Below, piece after piece: positions 29,390 to 40,238 of a stretch of 64,000 bases of DNA. Position 1 is the first letter of the stretch; every line of letters begins with the position of its first letter. A program made the position numbers and the translations under genes. Location: positions 30,572 through 94,571 of the forward strand of contig JBCAXQ010000001.1 of NCBI GenBank assembly GCA_038534015.1. Reading direction: 5' to 3'. The stretch comes from Pseudomonadota bacterium (GTDB lineage Bacteria > Pseudomonadota > Alphaproteobacteria > Sphingomonadales > Sphingomonadaceae). The notes beneath the pieces were generated by a model. It saw only the letters and a program-made list of their open reading frames with translations, was not told where the DNA came from and made no database searches.

Positions 29390-30351
29390 CTTTCACTCCT
29401 TGGGTTGAAAATTGGCGCCCGGGTTGGGGGAGGTGCGAGAAACCGGGCGCCGCGCCGAATTGCTCAGAGGTTTGAGATCGGCGGCCCTGTTCATCTCCCA
29501 ACGTAAGCTGGTTCCCGAAGTACGCGTGGCTGGCCGTCGCCTGATACAGCGTTGCATCGGACCCAAAGTCTTTTGGCGAATGCTGATCATGACGAAGCCC
29601 CATCGCAGGACGCGGTCCGAGCAAGTGATCGCTCCAAAGTGGCTTCGGGTAGTCCAGCCGCATGCGCGGCTGCTTGCATGAATTAGCAGAATCGGCATCT
29701 CGACCTCCCGCGCGTTTGCAGTGGAAGAAAAGCTGATTCTGCCGCGTTGTTCTTTCAGGTTCTTAGGCGTTTCAAAAAGTTGCTGAGTTCAATTTAAGCG
29801 CAGTTTCTGCAATTGGCCTCTACGGTGCAACCACATCCATCAGCCCAGTCGATTGGTCGTCAATTTGAGAAGTTTAGATCGATCACTGATCTAAAAGAAA
29901 ACTGGCAACCTCAGTGCTGTCCAGATCTTTCGGGGCGACACAAAGATCGAAAACACGGTCCGCTATCTTGATGTGGATGTTGAGGATACTTTGAACCTTG
30001 CTGAAGGCACTGATGTAGGACTTCGAGTGAATTCAGCCGACGTTGGCTGAAATCGCCGGCGTCGGCGCTCCGTGTGCACCTACCTCGACTCCAGACATTA
30101 CGTTTGCATGGGTGAAAGCAGATTCGCGCAAGATCCAATATGTTGCTTAGCCTCGCGCGTCTCGAAGTGAATAAGTATCATTCAATGAAGGAGCCTTCTG
30201 TCGCTGAGAACTCGATCCAGCCTTTCAAGCAAGTCTTCGATCGAGCAATGCGCAGCTAATTGCGTTCGTGCCATTTCGTTTGACAAACGGAAACTGAACG
30301 ATGCCCATGGCTCTTCCAAGAAACCTACCATTCAGTATTGGATCAAGCTTA

Positions 30352-31005
30352 ATGACATCTTCAAACTTGCCCCCAGACGCGATCACCGACGAGCTGCGTC
30401 AGCAGGTCAAGGCGGAGCTACCCGAGATCGATCAAATCAGGGACGCTGTTATGCGCGAACGAAGTGTCGAAGCCTGGGCCTATGCTCTGACGCACTCCAG
30501 CTTCACATCGATAAAGCAGATCGCGCCATCGGGTAATCCTGATGTCAACGAGGTCGTGCGCGGCGATCAGACGGACCACCTGCGCGGAGTGACACGCATG
30601 GCAGTCGCCATCGCCAACGAGATGCAGTCCGCCTATCCTGAACTGGAAATCGACATGGACGTTGTCTGGGCTGGTGGCTTGCTGCACGACGTTGGAAAGG
30701 CGTGGGAGTTTGATCCTGAACGCCGCAAGCGATGGGCGACCAGTCAAAAACGTACGGGCAGACCATCGATCCGGCATCCGTCGATGGGCGCGCATATCTG
30801 TCTGACTGTTGGTCTTCCAGAGGAAATCGCTCACATCGCAATGGCGCATTCCGGCGAAGGCGAACTGCTCGTCAGAAGCCTTGAATGCATGATCGTACAT
30901 CAGGCCGATTATACATTCTGGAACACGCTTATCGCCGGTGGGCTGATCAAGCCTGAGACCGTGCGCACAAACATGCGCAAATACGTAGATGGCAGTCCAG
31001 TATAG
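30352..31005 (+). CDS. HD-domain metal-dependent phosphohydrolase
   Basis: H...GGLLHDVGK...RH...AHS...HQAD. Confidence 0.85.
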   Translation: MTSSNLPPDAITDELRQQVKAELPEIDQIRDAVMRERSVEAWAYALTHSSFTSIKQIAPSGNPDVNEVVRGDQTDHLRGVTRMAVAIANEMQSAYPELEIDMDVVWAGGLLHDVGKAWEFDPERRKRWATSQKRTGRPSIRHPSMGAHICLTVGLPEEIAHIAMAHSGEGELLVRSLECMIVHQADYTFWNTLIAGGLIKPETVRTNMRKYVDGSPV

Positions 31006-31115
31006 GGCGCTTCTGAAATTGCCTCATGCAATATCCTTATCAGAAACGCCAGTATGATATCGATCAGGTCTGGTCTGAGCTGGTCGGCACTTCACCATAA
31101 CCCGACCGATCGGCA

Positions 31116-31988
31116 CTATCGTCTGCGCAGCTCTCCCGGAGTACGCCCAATCTTTTTCCTGAACAGGTCGGTCATGTGCGACTGTGAGGAGAAGCCGCAT
31201 TCAATGGCGATTTGGGCGAGCGGCAGACTGCTTGCGCCGACAAGAGTTTGGGCCTTTTGCAGGCGTAGACTCAGCGCGTGTTGATATGGTGTCTTGCCCG
31301 TGGTTCTCTTGAGTGCCTGGGTGAACCTGGCGATTGGCATTCCCGCAATGTTTGCCATGCTGCGCAGATCTATCTTCGTCATCGCATGGGTCTCGATGTA
31401 GTCGTCAATGCGAGCCACGGTCGCGCGCGATAAGCGACCGGGTTCCGTATTCTCCAGAGCTGGCTCATCCCGTGAAGCTCGATACAACTCGAGGATCAGA
31501 GTTTGCACGAGTACGTCCGTATACAGCGGACCCGCAGAGTTCTCGACATCGACGTTCATCACCAGCTGCTGGCAGACCGCAAGGACGAGTTTTGAGTGTT
31601 GCGGGTATTGATGCAGCGCACCAAAATCTCCGCTGCTGCTGGGCGAAACCTCGTTCAACACCTCATCGACGACAGCTTCGGGAATGGCAACTCCCATGCT
31701 TCGACTAGGTTGGGTTCGCAGGGCGTAGTAGCTGGAATTTGGGGGAGAAACGTCGAAATCTCCGGCAACGTAGAAGCGGGGCTTGCGGCGTCGCCCTGCC
31801 ACATCAACCTCGAGCAAGACGGGATCCAGATGGATGCCTACGACCAGGTCGGAGACGGTTCTGTGCGTTTCGAAATCTCCGGCGTACTCGGCAACAACAG
31901 TGTGGACAGGCCGATCGCCAGCTGTCGAGCCTACATTCTTCAATTGGGTTTGGTCAGCGCCTTCCAAGAACTCGATGAAGTTTTTCAT
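31116..31988 (-). CDS. AraC family transcriptional regulator
   Basis: C-terminal IAIECGFSSQSHMTDLFRKKIGRTPG. Confidence 0.92.
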   Translation of the reverse strand: MKNFIEFLEGADQTQLKNVGSTAGDRPVHTVVAEYAGDFETHRTVSDLVVGIHLDPVLLEVDVAGRRRKPRFYVAGDFDVSPPNSSYYALRTQPSRSMGVAIPEAVVDEVLNEVSPSSSGDFGALHQYPQHSKLVLAVCQQLVMNVDVENSAGPLYTDVLVQTLILELYRASRDEPALENTEPGRLSRATVARIDDYIETHAMTKIDLRSMANIAGMPIARFTQALKRTTGKTPYQHALSLRLQKAQTLVGASSLPLAQIAIECGFSSQSHMTDLFRKKIGRTPGELRRR

Positions 31989-32287
31989 CGCCTACTCCGC
32001 CAATCTCCTACGTCAGCTACGAGCAGTTATCGCCCACGTTAAGGCTGCCAATCACCGTACGTCCCGAAGACGCCAACCGCAAGGCGCAGATCCAAACCTG
32101 TCAACACAGGTCGGCGATAGGTGTTTGCGCGTTACTGCCGACAGAGTTGGATGCCGAAACCTAGCCTTTGTGACGCGGGTAAAGGTCCCATGACGGATGT
32201 CAGATCGCGATTGTGCTGCAACACCAAGCCGATGATTTCTTCTGATGATCGCGGCAACGTCTTGGGCATTGATGGGATCGGCGCGGA

Positions 32288-33835
32288 TCAATCCCCATTC
32301 CGGAAGGCGCGCGGGCCGATGGCGTTTTCGCCAGAACGAGGGATGCGCCATCCGTCGAGCGTCCATCCGATATTGAGCGCGATAAGCCGGTCACGCTCCG
32401 GCACGCCCGCCGAGGTGCGCCAGTCGGGAAACGCATCTACGATTCCGTCACGGACGCGCCGCGCCTCGGCCGTACCGATCCCACCCCCGCCAGCCACGAG
32501 CGCCTCTTCCATGAGCCCGCGCCACGTCGTCAGATAGCGAACTTCCTCGGCCACTAGCTCATCAAACTCGCCGGGTGCGCCATGGCCCGGCGCGATGGTT
32601 TCGGCCTCGGGGAACATGGACCGTAATTTTAGAAGTTGCGCTTCCCAAGACGCCAGCTGACCCTGGTAGAACACCGGGGTCGTGCGGTTTCCAACCAGAT
32701 CTCCGGTCACAAGAGTACGCTGTTCGGGCAGGTAGATCACTGCAGTCTCGATCGCTTCGTTGCCACGCAAGAGGCGGGGTACGGCGACGACCCCACCTAT
32801 CTCAAGCGCTTCGCCGTCCCGCAATCCCGATGTGACGACGGGTATCTCGACCGGGATATCGTTGGGGATGTCTTCGCGGCGATTGGCCCAGAAGCCGTGT
32901 TCGTCCTGCGCGATGACCCTGGCGCCCGTGTCAGAGGCAAGGGCAGGCGCGCCGCCCACGGCCTGGGACATCGTTGTCAGGCCGCCGTAGTGATCAGAGT
33001 GTGGGTGGGTGATGGCTATGCCAGCGACATCGTCCCGGCGGCGCCCGGTAACAGATTCGAAGGCCGACAGCGCCTCCTGCGCTTCCGGGATTCGCCAGTA
33101 AGCATCGATCGCCAGAACACCGTCCGGTCCGCTGACCCAATATGCGTTGATCGAGTGGTTTCGGATCGAGTCTACAGTATAGCCAGTTAGGTGACCGTCT
33201 AGCGAGATCGGGCCAGCCGTGGCGCCGATGGGTCCTGCGGCAGAGGTCTCGGCCACGGCGATGCCATGAACATAGGGAGCCGCAAGCGCGGCGAGCGAAC
33301 CGGAAAGCAACGTACGCCGGGACAGCGGCTTTCGGCTGGCAGATTGCGGTAACGACGTCTGCAGAGATTGATAATCTGCAGGACGTCTAACAACCCGCCG
33401 CGATGGCGACGATTCCATGCAAGGAATCCTGTCAGTCTCTGCCCTGTCATCCCGCACTGACTCGGCCAGCACCTTGATCGCCGAGACATCGACGATTGAG
33501 CGGATCTGCCGGGCGCTTAAGCCGGCGACCACCGCCGCCTGGATGTCTAACGGAGCCGGCCTTCCTTCGCTGGCGAGCGTCGCTTGGACCAACGTGCCAA
33601 TGGCCTGGTTGTGGCGGGACGATCGGACACAGCAGCTGGGGGGGCAGTCCTCCGCCGACCGATGGAGGTCTTTAAGTGCCGCGCTCTCTGTCTTTCCGGG
33701 GCGAGGCACCAAGGCGCTGTGCAACGCCAATTGCTGGCAGGTGCAAAGAGCTTCGGCCGTGAGAGCCTCAGCCAGAAGTAACAGCGCGACGGCATCAAGA
33801 TCGTCTGTCTCTGTATTTGGAAGGTCACGTACCAT
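32288..33835 (-). CDS. MBL-fold hydrolase with an internal Tat leader and degenerate CMD-like N-terminal region
   Basis: ITHPHSDHYGG, TGD and PGHG motifs; SRRTLL + hydrophobic stretch + AVA at about residue 171. True start uncertain. Confidence 0.75.
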   Translation of the reverse strand: MVRDLPNTETDDLDAVALLLLAEALTAEALCTCQQLALHSALVPRPGKTESAALKDLHRSAEDCPPSCCVRSSRHNQAIGTLVQATLASEGRPAPLDIQAAVVAGLSARQIRSIVDVSAIKVLAESVRDDRAETDRIPCMESSPSRRVVRRPADYQSLQTSLPQSASRKPLSRRTLLSGSLAALAAPYVHGIAVAETSAAGPIGATAGPISLDGHLTGYTVDSIRNHSINAYWVSGPDGVLAIDAYWRIPEAQEALSAFESVTGRRRDDVAGIAITHPHSDHYGGLTTMSQAVGGAPALASDTGARVIAQDEHGFWANRREDIPNDIPVEIPVVTSGLRDGEALEIGGVVAVPRLLRGNEAIETAVIYLPEQRTLVTGDLVGNRTTPVFYQGQLASWEAQLLKLRSMFPEAETIAPGHGAPGEFDELVAEEVRYLTTWRGLMEEALVAGGGGIGTAEARRVRDGIVDAFPDWRTSAGVPERDRLIALNIGWTLDGWRIPRSGENAIGPRAFRNGD

Positions 33836-33850
33836 GGTTGTCTCCTCTGC

Positions 33851-34603
33851 TCAGACGCTCATCCAACCACCGTCGACCAAAAGATCAGCGCAGGTCATGT
33901 AGCGGCTCTCGTCGCTGGCCAAGAACAGCGCCGCGTTGGCCATATCAGTGGTCTCGCCTAGGCGTTTGAGCGGGGCCTGTTCCGCTACCATGCCGATGAA
34001 CCCTTCGAAGGCTTCCTCGGGCACATTCGTATTCTGCGAGAAGTTCGTGCGAACGATGCCCGGGCTCAGCGTGTTGACCCGCGTACCGTTTCCGGCCAGT
34101 TCCGCGCCCATAGTACGGGCAAAGGATCGCACCGCGGCCTTCGAGGCGAAGTATAAGCTGCCGGTCGCGACGCCCTTCGAGTGCACAGCCGAGGCCGTCA
34201 GAATGATGCTGGCGCCAGGATTGAGATATGGCACCACCGCTTGAACGGTGAAGAACACGCCTTTGACGTTGATGTCGAACTGCTGATCGTAACCTGCCTC
34301 ATCCACCTGATTGAGCGGAGCGAAGACGCCCATGCCGGCGTTGGCAAACAGAATATCGATGCCACCTAGGAAGGCCCGCGCCTTTGTGGCGGCTTCGCGC
34401 AAAGCGCCCAGATCGCGCACGTCTGCAGCGACTCCGGACGACCCATCGCCCAGTTCAGCCAACGCTGCTTCGACCCGGCCCTGGTTTGAGCCCGTGATGA
34501 AGACGCGTGCGCCCTCGGCCAGGAAACGACGTGCCGATTCCAGACCAATCCCTGTTGTTGCGCCTGTGATGATGGCCGTTTTGCCCGCAAGTCGTCCGGT
34601 CAT
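33851..34603 (-). CDS. SDR family oxidoreductase
   Basis: TGATTGIG, ANAG, YFASK, SPG and VDGG motifs. Confidence 0.93.
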   Translation of the reverse strand: MTGRLAGKTAIITGATTGIGLESARRFLAEGARVFITGSNQGRVEAALAELGDGSSGVAADVRDLGALREAATKARAFLGGIDILFANAGMGVFAPLNQVDEAGYDQQFDINVKGVFFTVQAVVPYLNPGASIILTASAVHSKGVATGSLYFASKAAVRSFARTMGAELAGNGTRVNTLSPGIVRTNFSQNTNVPEEAFEGFIGMVAEQAPLKRLGETTDMANAALFLASDESRYMTCADLLVDGGWMSV

Positions 34604-34808
34604 TTGATTTCTCCCGCTGCGTTTTTCCTTCGATTCGATCAAGACGTTACGGGGGCGGTGTGCGGGCTTCTTCCAAGGAGTCGAGCGTTTCAGAAACCTG
34701 CTAAAACTGCTCTGCTTTCTGAAAAACGCACATTCCTGAAATCTCTATCCAGATCGTCGCTTTACCTACGCTTGTCTGCCGCGATGGACGACGGTGAGAC
34801 GAGGCGAG

Positions 34809-35267
34809 ATGGAAAATCCGTACCTGACACAAGGTTTGATCAAGTTGCTGGCCGGCACGCTGGTCCTCAGATGCAAGGTTCGCTTTTTTGCCTGGTCGCT
34901 TGGAACCGAGAGTTTTGGCGACACAAGACCAGCGTTCGACGAGGATTATCGCGTTCTGGACGGGCTTTGCGATGCGATCGCGACCCGTGTTGTCGCGCTT
35001 GGAGGGACGGTGCCGGGGGCCTATAAAACCTTGCTCACCTACTCGTCGATCAAAGAGGAAAGCCCGCTTTCCATCCAGGACATGATCGCCACTTTGGTCA
35101 AGGATCACCAGCAACTGATTGCAGATGCCCAACTGGTCGCCATCCTTGCCGACCCTGCGCCTGATCCAATGTCCGAGAATTTGATCCTGCGCTGTATCGA
35201 ACAGCACGAATGTTGCGGCGCGCACTTGTCCGAACTCATGCCAAATCCGAATGTGCTGATGAACTGA
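34809..35267 (+). CDS. Dps/ferritin-like protein (degenerate)
   Basis: LLA....L..K...F.W......F......F...Y......D.IATRV.ALGG pattern; the ferroxidase His/Glu residues are replaced. Confidence 0.65.
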   Translation: MENPYLTQGLIKLLAGTLVLRCKVRFFAWSLGTESFGDTRPAFDEDYRVLDGLCDAIATRVVALGGTVPGAYKTLLTYSSIKEESPLSIQDMIATLVKDHQQLIADAQLVAILADPAPDPMSENLILRCIEQHECCGAHLSELMPNPNVLMN

Positions 35268-35274
35268 GAAGCGC

Positions 35275-36168
35275 TCACATCGCGGCCTCGCGGCGATATC
35301 GACCTGGCGTCACACCAATATGCTTGCGGAACACATCCGTCATATGGGCCTGACTGGAGAACCCTACTGCATAAGCGACCTCAGCCAGCGGTTGATCGCC
35401 TGACAGCAACTCACGCGCACGGGTCAGCCGTCGCTCCAATACATACTGATGCGCCGACATACCAATCGCTTTGCGAAACCCGCGCGAGAAGTGGTAGACG
35501 CTGACGTCCAGCAACGCTGACAGATCCGACAACGCCAGCTGACCGTCCAGATTGGCGTCGATGTAATCGCACACCATGCAGATCTGTTCACGCCCGAACC
35601 CGTTCGCCCGGCGCGAACTCGGTTTTCTTAGTGTAGCGATCACATTCAACAGGATCGCGAGGCTCAGCGTTTCGCCATAAAGTTCGTTGCGGCCACCTGC
35701 ATTCATCAGGAACGTTCGTAGCGCCCGACCAAGAGAGACGGACTCGGGATGCTGCAGATCGGGAAGGATCCGGATATCGCCGGGGCTTGCTTGGCAATCA
35801 TCCAGTGCCTGCGTGACCATCTCTTGCCGGAAAGAAAAAGCCAGAAACTCGGTGTTCACGTCACCGGTACGGGCCAAAATCGTGCTCCCCGTCGGACTAA
35901 CGGTGATTGAACCAGGTACTAGCGAACGCTGCACCATCCTGTCCGACCCCAGCGCGATCTCATAATCCCGCCGACCCAATTGAAGAGAGAAGATCAACTC
36001 AGGGCAAAGGAAGTTCGCCTGAAACGGTTCAGCGGTGTTCAGGTCGACGGTCAATTTAGGTGTGGTGAACCGTTGTCCCAAGCAGGGCATCCCGGGTTCA
36101 GGGCGCTCGGCAAACCCACGCTTGCGCGGTCTGCGGGATAGCGAGCGTGTTCGAAAACTGGTCTGCAT
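35275..36168 (-). CDS. AraC family transcriptional regulator
   Basis: VAYAVGFSSQAHMTDVFRKHIGVTPG. Start uncertain. Confidence 0.9.
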   Translation of the reverse strand: MQTSFRTRSLSRRPRKRGFAERPEPGMPCLGQRFTTPKLTVDLNTAEPFQANFLCPELIFSLQLGRRDYEIALGSDRMVQRSLVPGSITVSPTGSTILARTGDVNTEFLAFSFRQEMVTQALDDCQASPGDIRILPDLQHPESVSLGRALRTFLMNAGGRNELYGETLSLAILLNVIATLRKPSSRRANGFGREQICMVCDYIDANLDGQLALSDLSALLDVSVYHFSRGFRKAIGMSAHQYVLERRLTRARELLSGDQPLAEVAYAVGFSSQAHMTDVFRKHIGVTPGRYRREAAM

Positions 36169-36735
36169 TACCCGCGAACCTGCCGCTGGATCTTGCCGTG
36201 GGAGAGCACCGAGAGTCTGCGGTACGCATTGCAGATCATGCCACCTTCGATTGTGGGTCCCGGGCCGCGTCCGCGTATGAACGATTTGGCTGGGCAAGCA
36301 TTTAATCGGTGATCTGAATTCCCTCGCAGCATTGACCGGTTTGCAAGTTTCAAGGGTGGCAGAAGATCCGTCTTGGTCTGCGCACCCAACTGAAGTGATG
36401 AACTTCCCATCATTTACCCTCCGCTCAAGCTGCAAACTCGACAGCGATCATGAGTGTCAACTCTTCCTGACACGATGTCCCTGTCCCGCGGTCCCGATCT
36501 TCCAGATTCCATTTCTTTCTTTTTCAGAATCGAACGCTTCAGGAATTCGCGACCTAGCGCAGGCCGCAGCAGTTCGGGCATCGCTGGTCCCGAATATCGG
36601 GGCGGTGTTCGTCCCTTCGAGGACCACCACAAGATTCTACAAAACAGGCTGAAGGTGAAATACCTCCCACCTTTATTGAGCAATCTGCTTCGCCTGCAGC
36701 CGAGATCGCTGCGAGCTTCACAGAAGGACTCAGAC

Positions 36736-37686
36736 ATGTTGAACCGCACACGCTTGTTCCAGCAAGTAAGACTGACTGCCGCTGTCTTTATCGCGGGCGC
36801 CAGTATCCTGGCGTTCGCACCGAAGGCGATCGCGGAACCAATGGTAAAGACCGCCTACGTTGAAACGGGTGGCTCAAGATATGCCTACCGCACATTTGGA
36901 TCACCCACCGGAACTCCGGTCGTTCTGATCACCCGGTATCGGGCGAACATGGATGACTGGGATCCCGCATTCATAGAGGCCTTGGCCAAAGAGCGGCGCG
37001 TGATCGTATTCAATCAATCTGGGGTCGCATCCTCGGCGGGCGACGCCAGACAAACCATCCCGGACATGGCGGCGGATGTCGCAGAGTTCATTCAGGCCAT
37101 GGATCTGCAAAAGGTAGACGTTCTTGGCTGGTCGATGGGTGGCTTCACTGCGCAAGCGCTGGTCGCTGATCATCCAGACCTTGTACGTCGGGTCATCCTC
37201 ATCGGAACCGGCCCGGCGGCATCGCCTGCCACCCCTGGCCCGAAAGAGGGCGTTTTCGATGTCGCCACCAAGCCGGGGCGTGACGACGGTGTGACAATCT
37301 ACTCCGACGCTGATCGGGGATATCTGTTCTTTGCCGAGGGCACCCATAGTCAAGACCTGGCCAAGGCATCCTTGGCCCGTATTGATGCGGCACGGTCGAA
37401 CGACGAGCCCTTGACCACTCAGGCCGCGATGGAGGCACAAACGGCGGCAATCCAGGCATGGTGGTTTGATGCATCGAGCGACTATTTTGACAGGATGCGT
37501 AGTGTGAAGAACCCGGTCCTGATCATCAATGGCGATTCGGATGCATTCTTCAGCAACACCGCTCAAGCGCTCATGTCCGAGACGTATCCGAACGCGTCGT
37601 TGGCGATCATTCCGAACGCAGGGCACGGGCCACAGCACCAGCACCCCAGCGAGATCGCCAAGTTGGTCGACCGTTTCCTGGATTGA
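36736..37686 (+). CDS. Secreted alpha/beta hydrolase
   Basis: Signal peptide, GWSMGG, NGDSD and GHG motifs; AAGGA RBS. Confidence 0.9.
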   Translation: MLNRTRLFQQVRLTAAVFIAGASILAFAPKAIAEPMVKTAYVETGGSRYAYRTFGSPTGTPVVLITRYRANMDDWDPAFIEALAKERRVIVFNQSGVASSAGDARQTIPDMAADVAEFIQAMDLQKVDVLGWSMGGFTAQALVADHPDLVRRVILIGTGPAASPATPGPKEGVFDVATKPGRDDGVTIYSDADRGYLFFAEGTHSQDLAKASLARIDAARSNDEPLTTQAAMEAQTAAIQAWWFDASSDYFDRMRSVKNPVLIINGDSDAFFSNTAQALMSETYPNASLAIIPNAGHGPQHQHPSEIAKLVDRFLD

Positions 37687-37983
37687 TTCCGGCGATCATG
37701 GAAGCCCCTGCACGTGCATGCGAATGACTTTGTCGCGGCACAGCCTGCGGGAAAGCAAACAAGGGTGCCGCGGGGGGGCTTCTCTGACGGAGCGCGGGTT
37801 AGCGCCGCCACGGCGGCGGGCGGTTGTCCATGGCGAGTGTCCACGGATCCATGTCGATCGGCCGCCGCAGCCCGACAACGCCTCGGCCACGCCCGTCGGG
37901 CAAGAATCCGAAATCCCCCCAACCTGAAAGATCCGTCATTTGCAAGACGGTATTCGCCTGGGGCACTTCAAGAGGAGGATCCA

Positions 37984-39213
37984 ATGTTGAACTTTGAATG
38001 GAAATCAACTCTGGCCGTCGCTGCGGTGTCGGCAAGCCTGCTTTCGTTTTCCTCTGTTGCGTCTCCTGCAACGGAGATGAAATCCGCCGGAGCGCTGTCT
38101 TTTGGGCCGGAGAACGTGCTGTTCGTCGGAGACACGTTCGGTGGAAAGGTGGTGGCGCTGGATGTCAGCGATGTGGTCACAAGTCAGCTCGACTATGCGT
38201 TGGGCCGTGCCGAAACCTTCGAGGGCCGTGCGATCATCGCAGATCTGCGGGCAGAGCTTGGGACGCTTCTGGCAGCCCCCGCGGATCAGATCATCGTCAA
38301 CGACGTGGCTGTGCACAGCGAAGCCAAACAGATCTTTCTGTCAGGTCAACGGGGCCTTGGGCCGGATGCTCTGCCCTTCGTTGCAACTGTCGACAAAGGG
38401 GTGTTGACGATCCTTGATCTACCCCCGCTGGTCGTTGATATGCATGTTCTGCAATCACCAGCTGGTGATGCCGACTTGGAGTTTGGACAACCGGCACGCA
38501 ACTACGCGATCACTGATATAGACTACTATGACGGCGAGATCTTTATCGCTGGCGTGTCGGGTGAAAGCTTCAATTCAACACTTCGTCGGGTTGCCTTTCC
38601 CTTCGAAGAGGACCGTGCTAGCGAAACGCAGATCGAGATCTGGCATGCCGTTCACGCGCAGTGGGAGACGCGGGCCCCGATCATCGCCCAGACGATTGTC
38701 GAGATTGACGGAGTTCCAACCCTCATCGCGGTTTATGCCTGCACGCCGCTGGTACGGATCCCGCTTGCCGATTTGAAGGACGGCGCACAGATTCGCGGAG
38801 AGATGATTGCCGAGTTGGGATACGGCAACTCGCCGGTCGACATCGTGCCCTTCGTCAACTCGATGGACGGGTCACAGAACGTGCTGATCACACACACCAA
38901 CCGTACCGCCAACCAGATCCCAGTAACCGCCATCGGAAAGGCCGAGCCAATGCCGGTCGAGGTTGGGAACAACTTTGGGCCCGCCGGTTTGACCGGGTTC
39001 CCGGTTCCCGCGAACGGAATCCAGCACTTGGCCATGATTGACGAGGTGTGGGCAGTGGCGGTCCGCCCTGACCCGCATGATCCCGGCAAACTCCAACTTC
39101 ATACAATTCTAGCCCCGTTCTTCTTCGACCGGGCGGACCATATGGTCGAGATGAACTGGCCGGGCAGTCCGGATCCGTTCGGCTACCGGAAGTTTCCACC
39201 GTTGGATCTGTGA
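37984..39213 (+). CDS. Secreted beta-rich hypothetical protein (possible beta-propeller)
   Basis: GAGGAGGA RBS, signal peptide, ALSFGPENVLFVGD, IWHAVHAQWETRAP and YACTPLV. Confidence 0.75.
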   Translation: MLNFEWKSTLAVAAVSASLLSFSSVASPATEMKSAGALSFGPENVLFVGDTFGGKVVALDVSDVVTSQLDYALGRAETFEGRAIIADLRAELGTLLAAPADQIIVNDVAVHSEAKQIFLSGQRGLGPDALPFVATVDKGVLTILDLPPLVVDMHVLQSPAGDADLEFGQPARNYAITDIDYYDGEIFIAGVSGESFNSTLRRVAFPFEEDRASETQIEIWHAVHAQWETRAPIIAQTIVEIDGVPTLIAVYACTPLVRIPLADLKDGAQIRGEMIAELGYGNSPVDIVPFVNSMDGSQNVLITHTNRTANQIPVTAIGKAEPMPVEVGNNFGPAGLTGFPVPANGIQHLAMIDEVWAVAVRPDPHDPGKLQLHTILAPFFFDRADHMVEMNWPGSPDPFGYRKFPPLDL

Positions 39214-40238
39214 AGATGCGATTGCTCGCGCACATCGGCTTGGCGCTCACCCTTCTTTTCGGCAACCAGGCAAAAGCAGAGGGGACCTTATGGGTCCTCT
39301 CCCCGGACCGGAGGAGCATTGTGCTTGAGGCGCCGCTGCCCATATCTGCCGAGTTGAGACTTGCCGGCGCTGCCGAGGGGACGGAGTTAGAGGTCGGCGA
39401 AAGCACGAACGGGCTGACCGAGCTCACCTCGAAATGGCCCTTGATGTTGGGCACCGCTTATGAGGTCCGGCTGCAGAGATCAGACGCCGAACAGATCATC
39501 GCGATTGACGCGCCGCTCGCCGCCGATACACCCATGCCAGGTGTTGCCGGGCTGTCACATCAGAACAGTGTGGTTCCGGCAAACGCCCTCAGGCTCTATT
39601 TGGACTTCGCCACGCCGATGGCACGCGGCCAAGCAGCTGAGTTCGTGCAACTGGTCGATCAGGACGGGCAAGAGGTGGTCAATGCTTTTCTGAACCTTGG
39701 CGTTGAGCTTTGGTCTGACGACCAGCGACGGCTGACGATCTTGTTCGACCCCGGCCGGTTGAAACATGGCGTAGGGCCAAACGTGACCCTTGGCGCACCT
39801 TTGACGCCTGGTGGGCGTTACGGGATCCGGGTGAAACGAGGGATACGCGATGCAATGGGCCGCGCGCTTTCCGGGGATGATGTGAAATGGTTCGATGTTG
39901 GCGAAGCCGTTCGCAAAGCAATCGAACCGGAGGCATGGAGTGTTGCAGTGAAGGGTGGTGCACTGCGGGTCTCTTTCGACCGTGCGATGGACGCTCAGGC
40001 CGCGCTAAGATCCGTGTATCTGCGATTGTCCGATGGCCGTAGGCTCCCGGCCGGGAAGCTTCAGAGCGACGGCTCACTGACTTGGTCAATCGAGGGCGTC
40101 GATGTCGAGGAAATGCTGGCCATAGTCGTCAACCCTGACTTGGAAGACACCGCGGGAAACACAATTTGCGCGCCCTTCGATGCACAGGTCGGGCAAGGAA
40201 AGATCTGTACCGAATCCGTCGCGTTGCCATTGAACTAG
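39210..40238 (+). CDS. Secreted protein with probable Ig-like domains
   Basis: GTGA coupling to the upstream gene, signal peptide, PANALRLYLDF..PM, FDPGRLK and LEDTAGN. Confidence 0.7.
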   Translation: MKMRLLAHIGLALTLLFGNQAKAEGTLWVLSPDRRSIVLEAPLPISAELRLAGAAEGTELEVGESTNGLTELTSKWPLMLGTAYEVRLQRSDAEQIIAIDAPLAADTPMPGVAGLSHQNSVVPANALRLYLDFATPMARGQAAEFVQLVDQDGQEVVNAFLNLGVELWSDDQRRLTILFDPGRLKHGVGPNVTLGAPLTPGGRYGIRVKRGIRDAMGRALSGDDVKWFDVGEAVRKAIEPEAWSVAVKGGALRVSFDRAMDAQAALRSVYLRLSDGRRLPAGKLQSDGSLTWSIEGVDVEEMLAIVVNPDLEDTAGNTICAPFDAQVGQGKICTESVALPLN

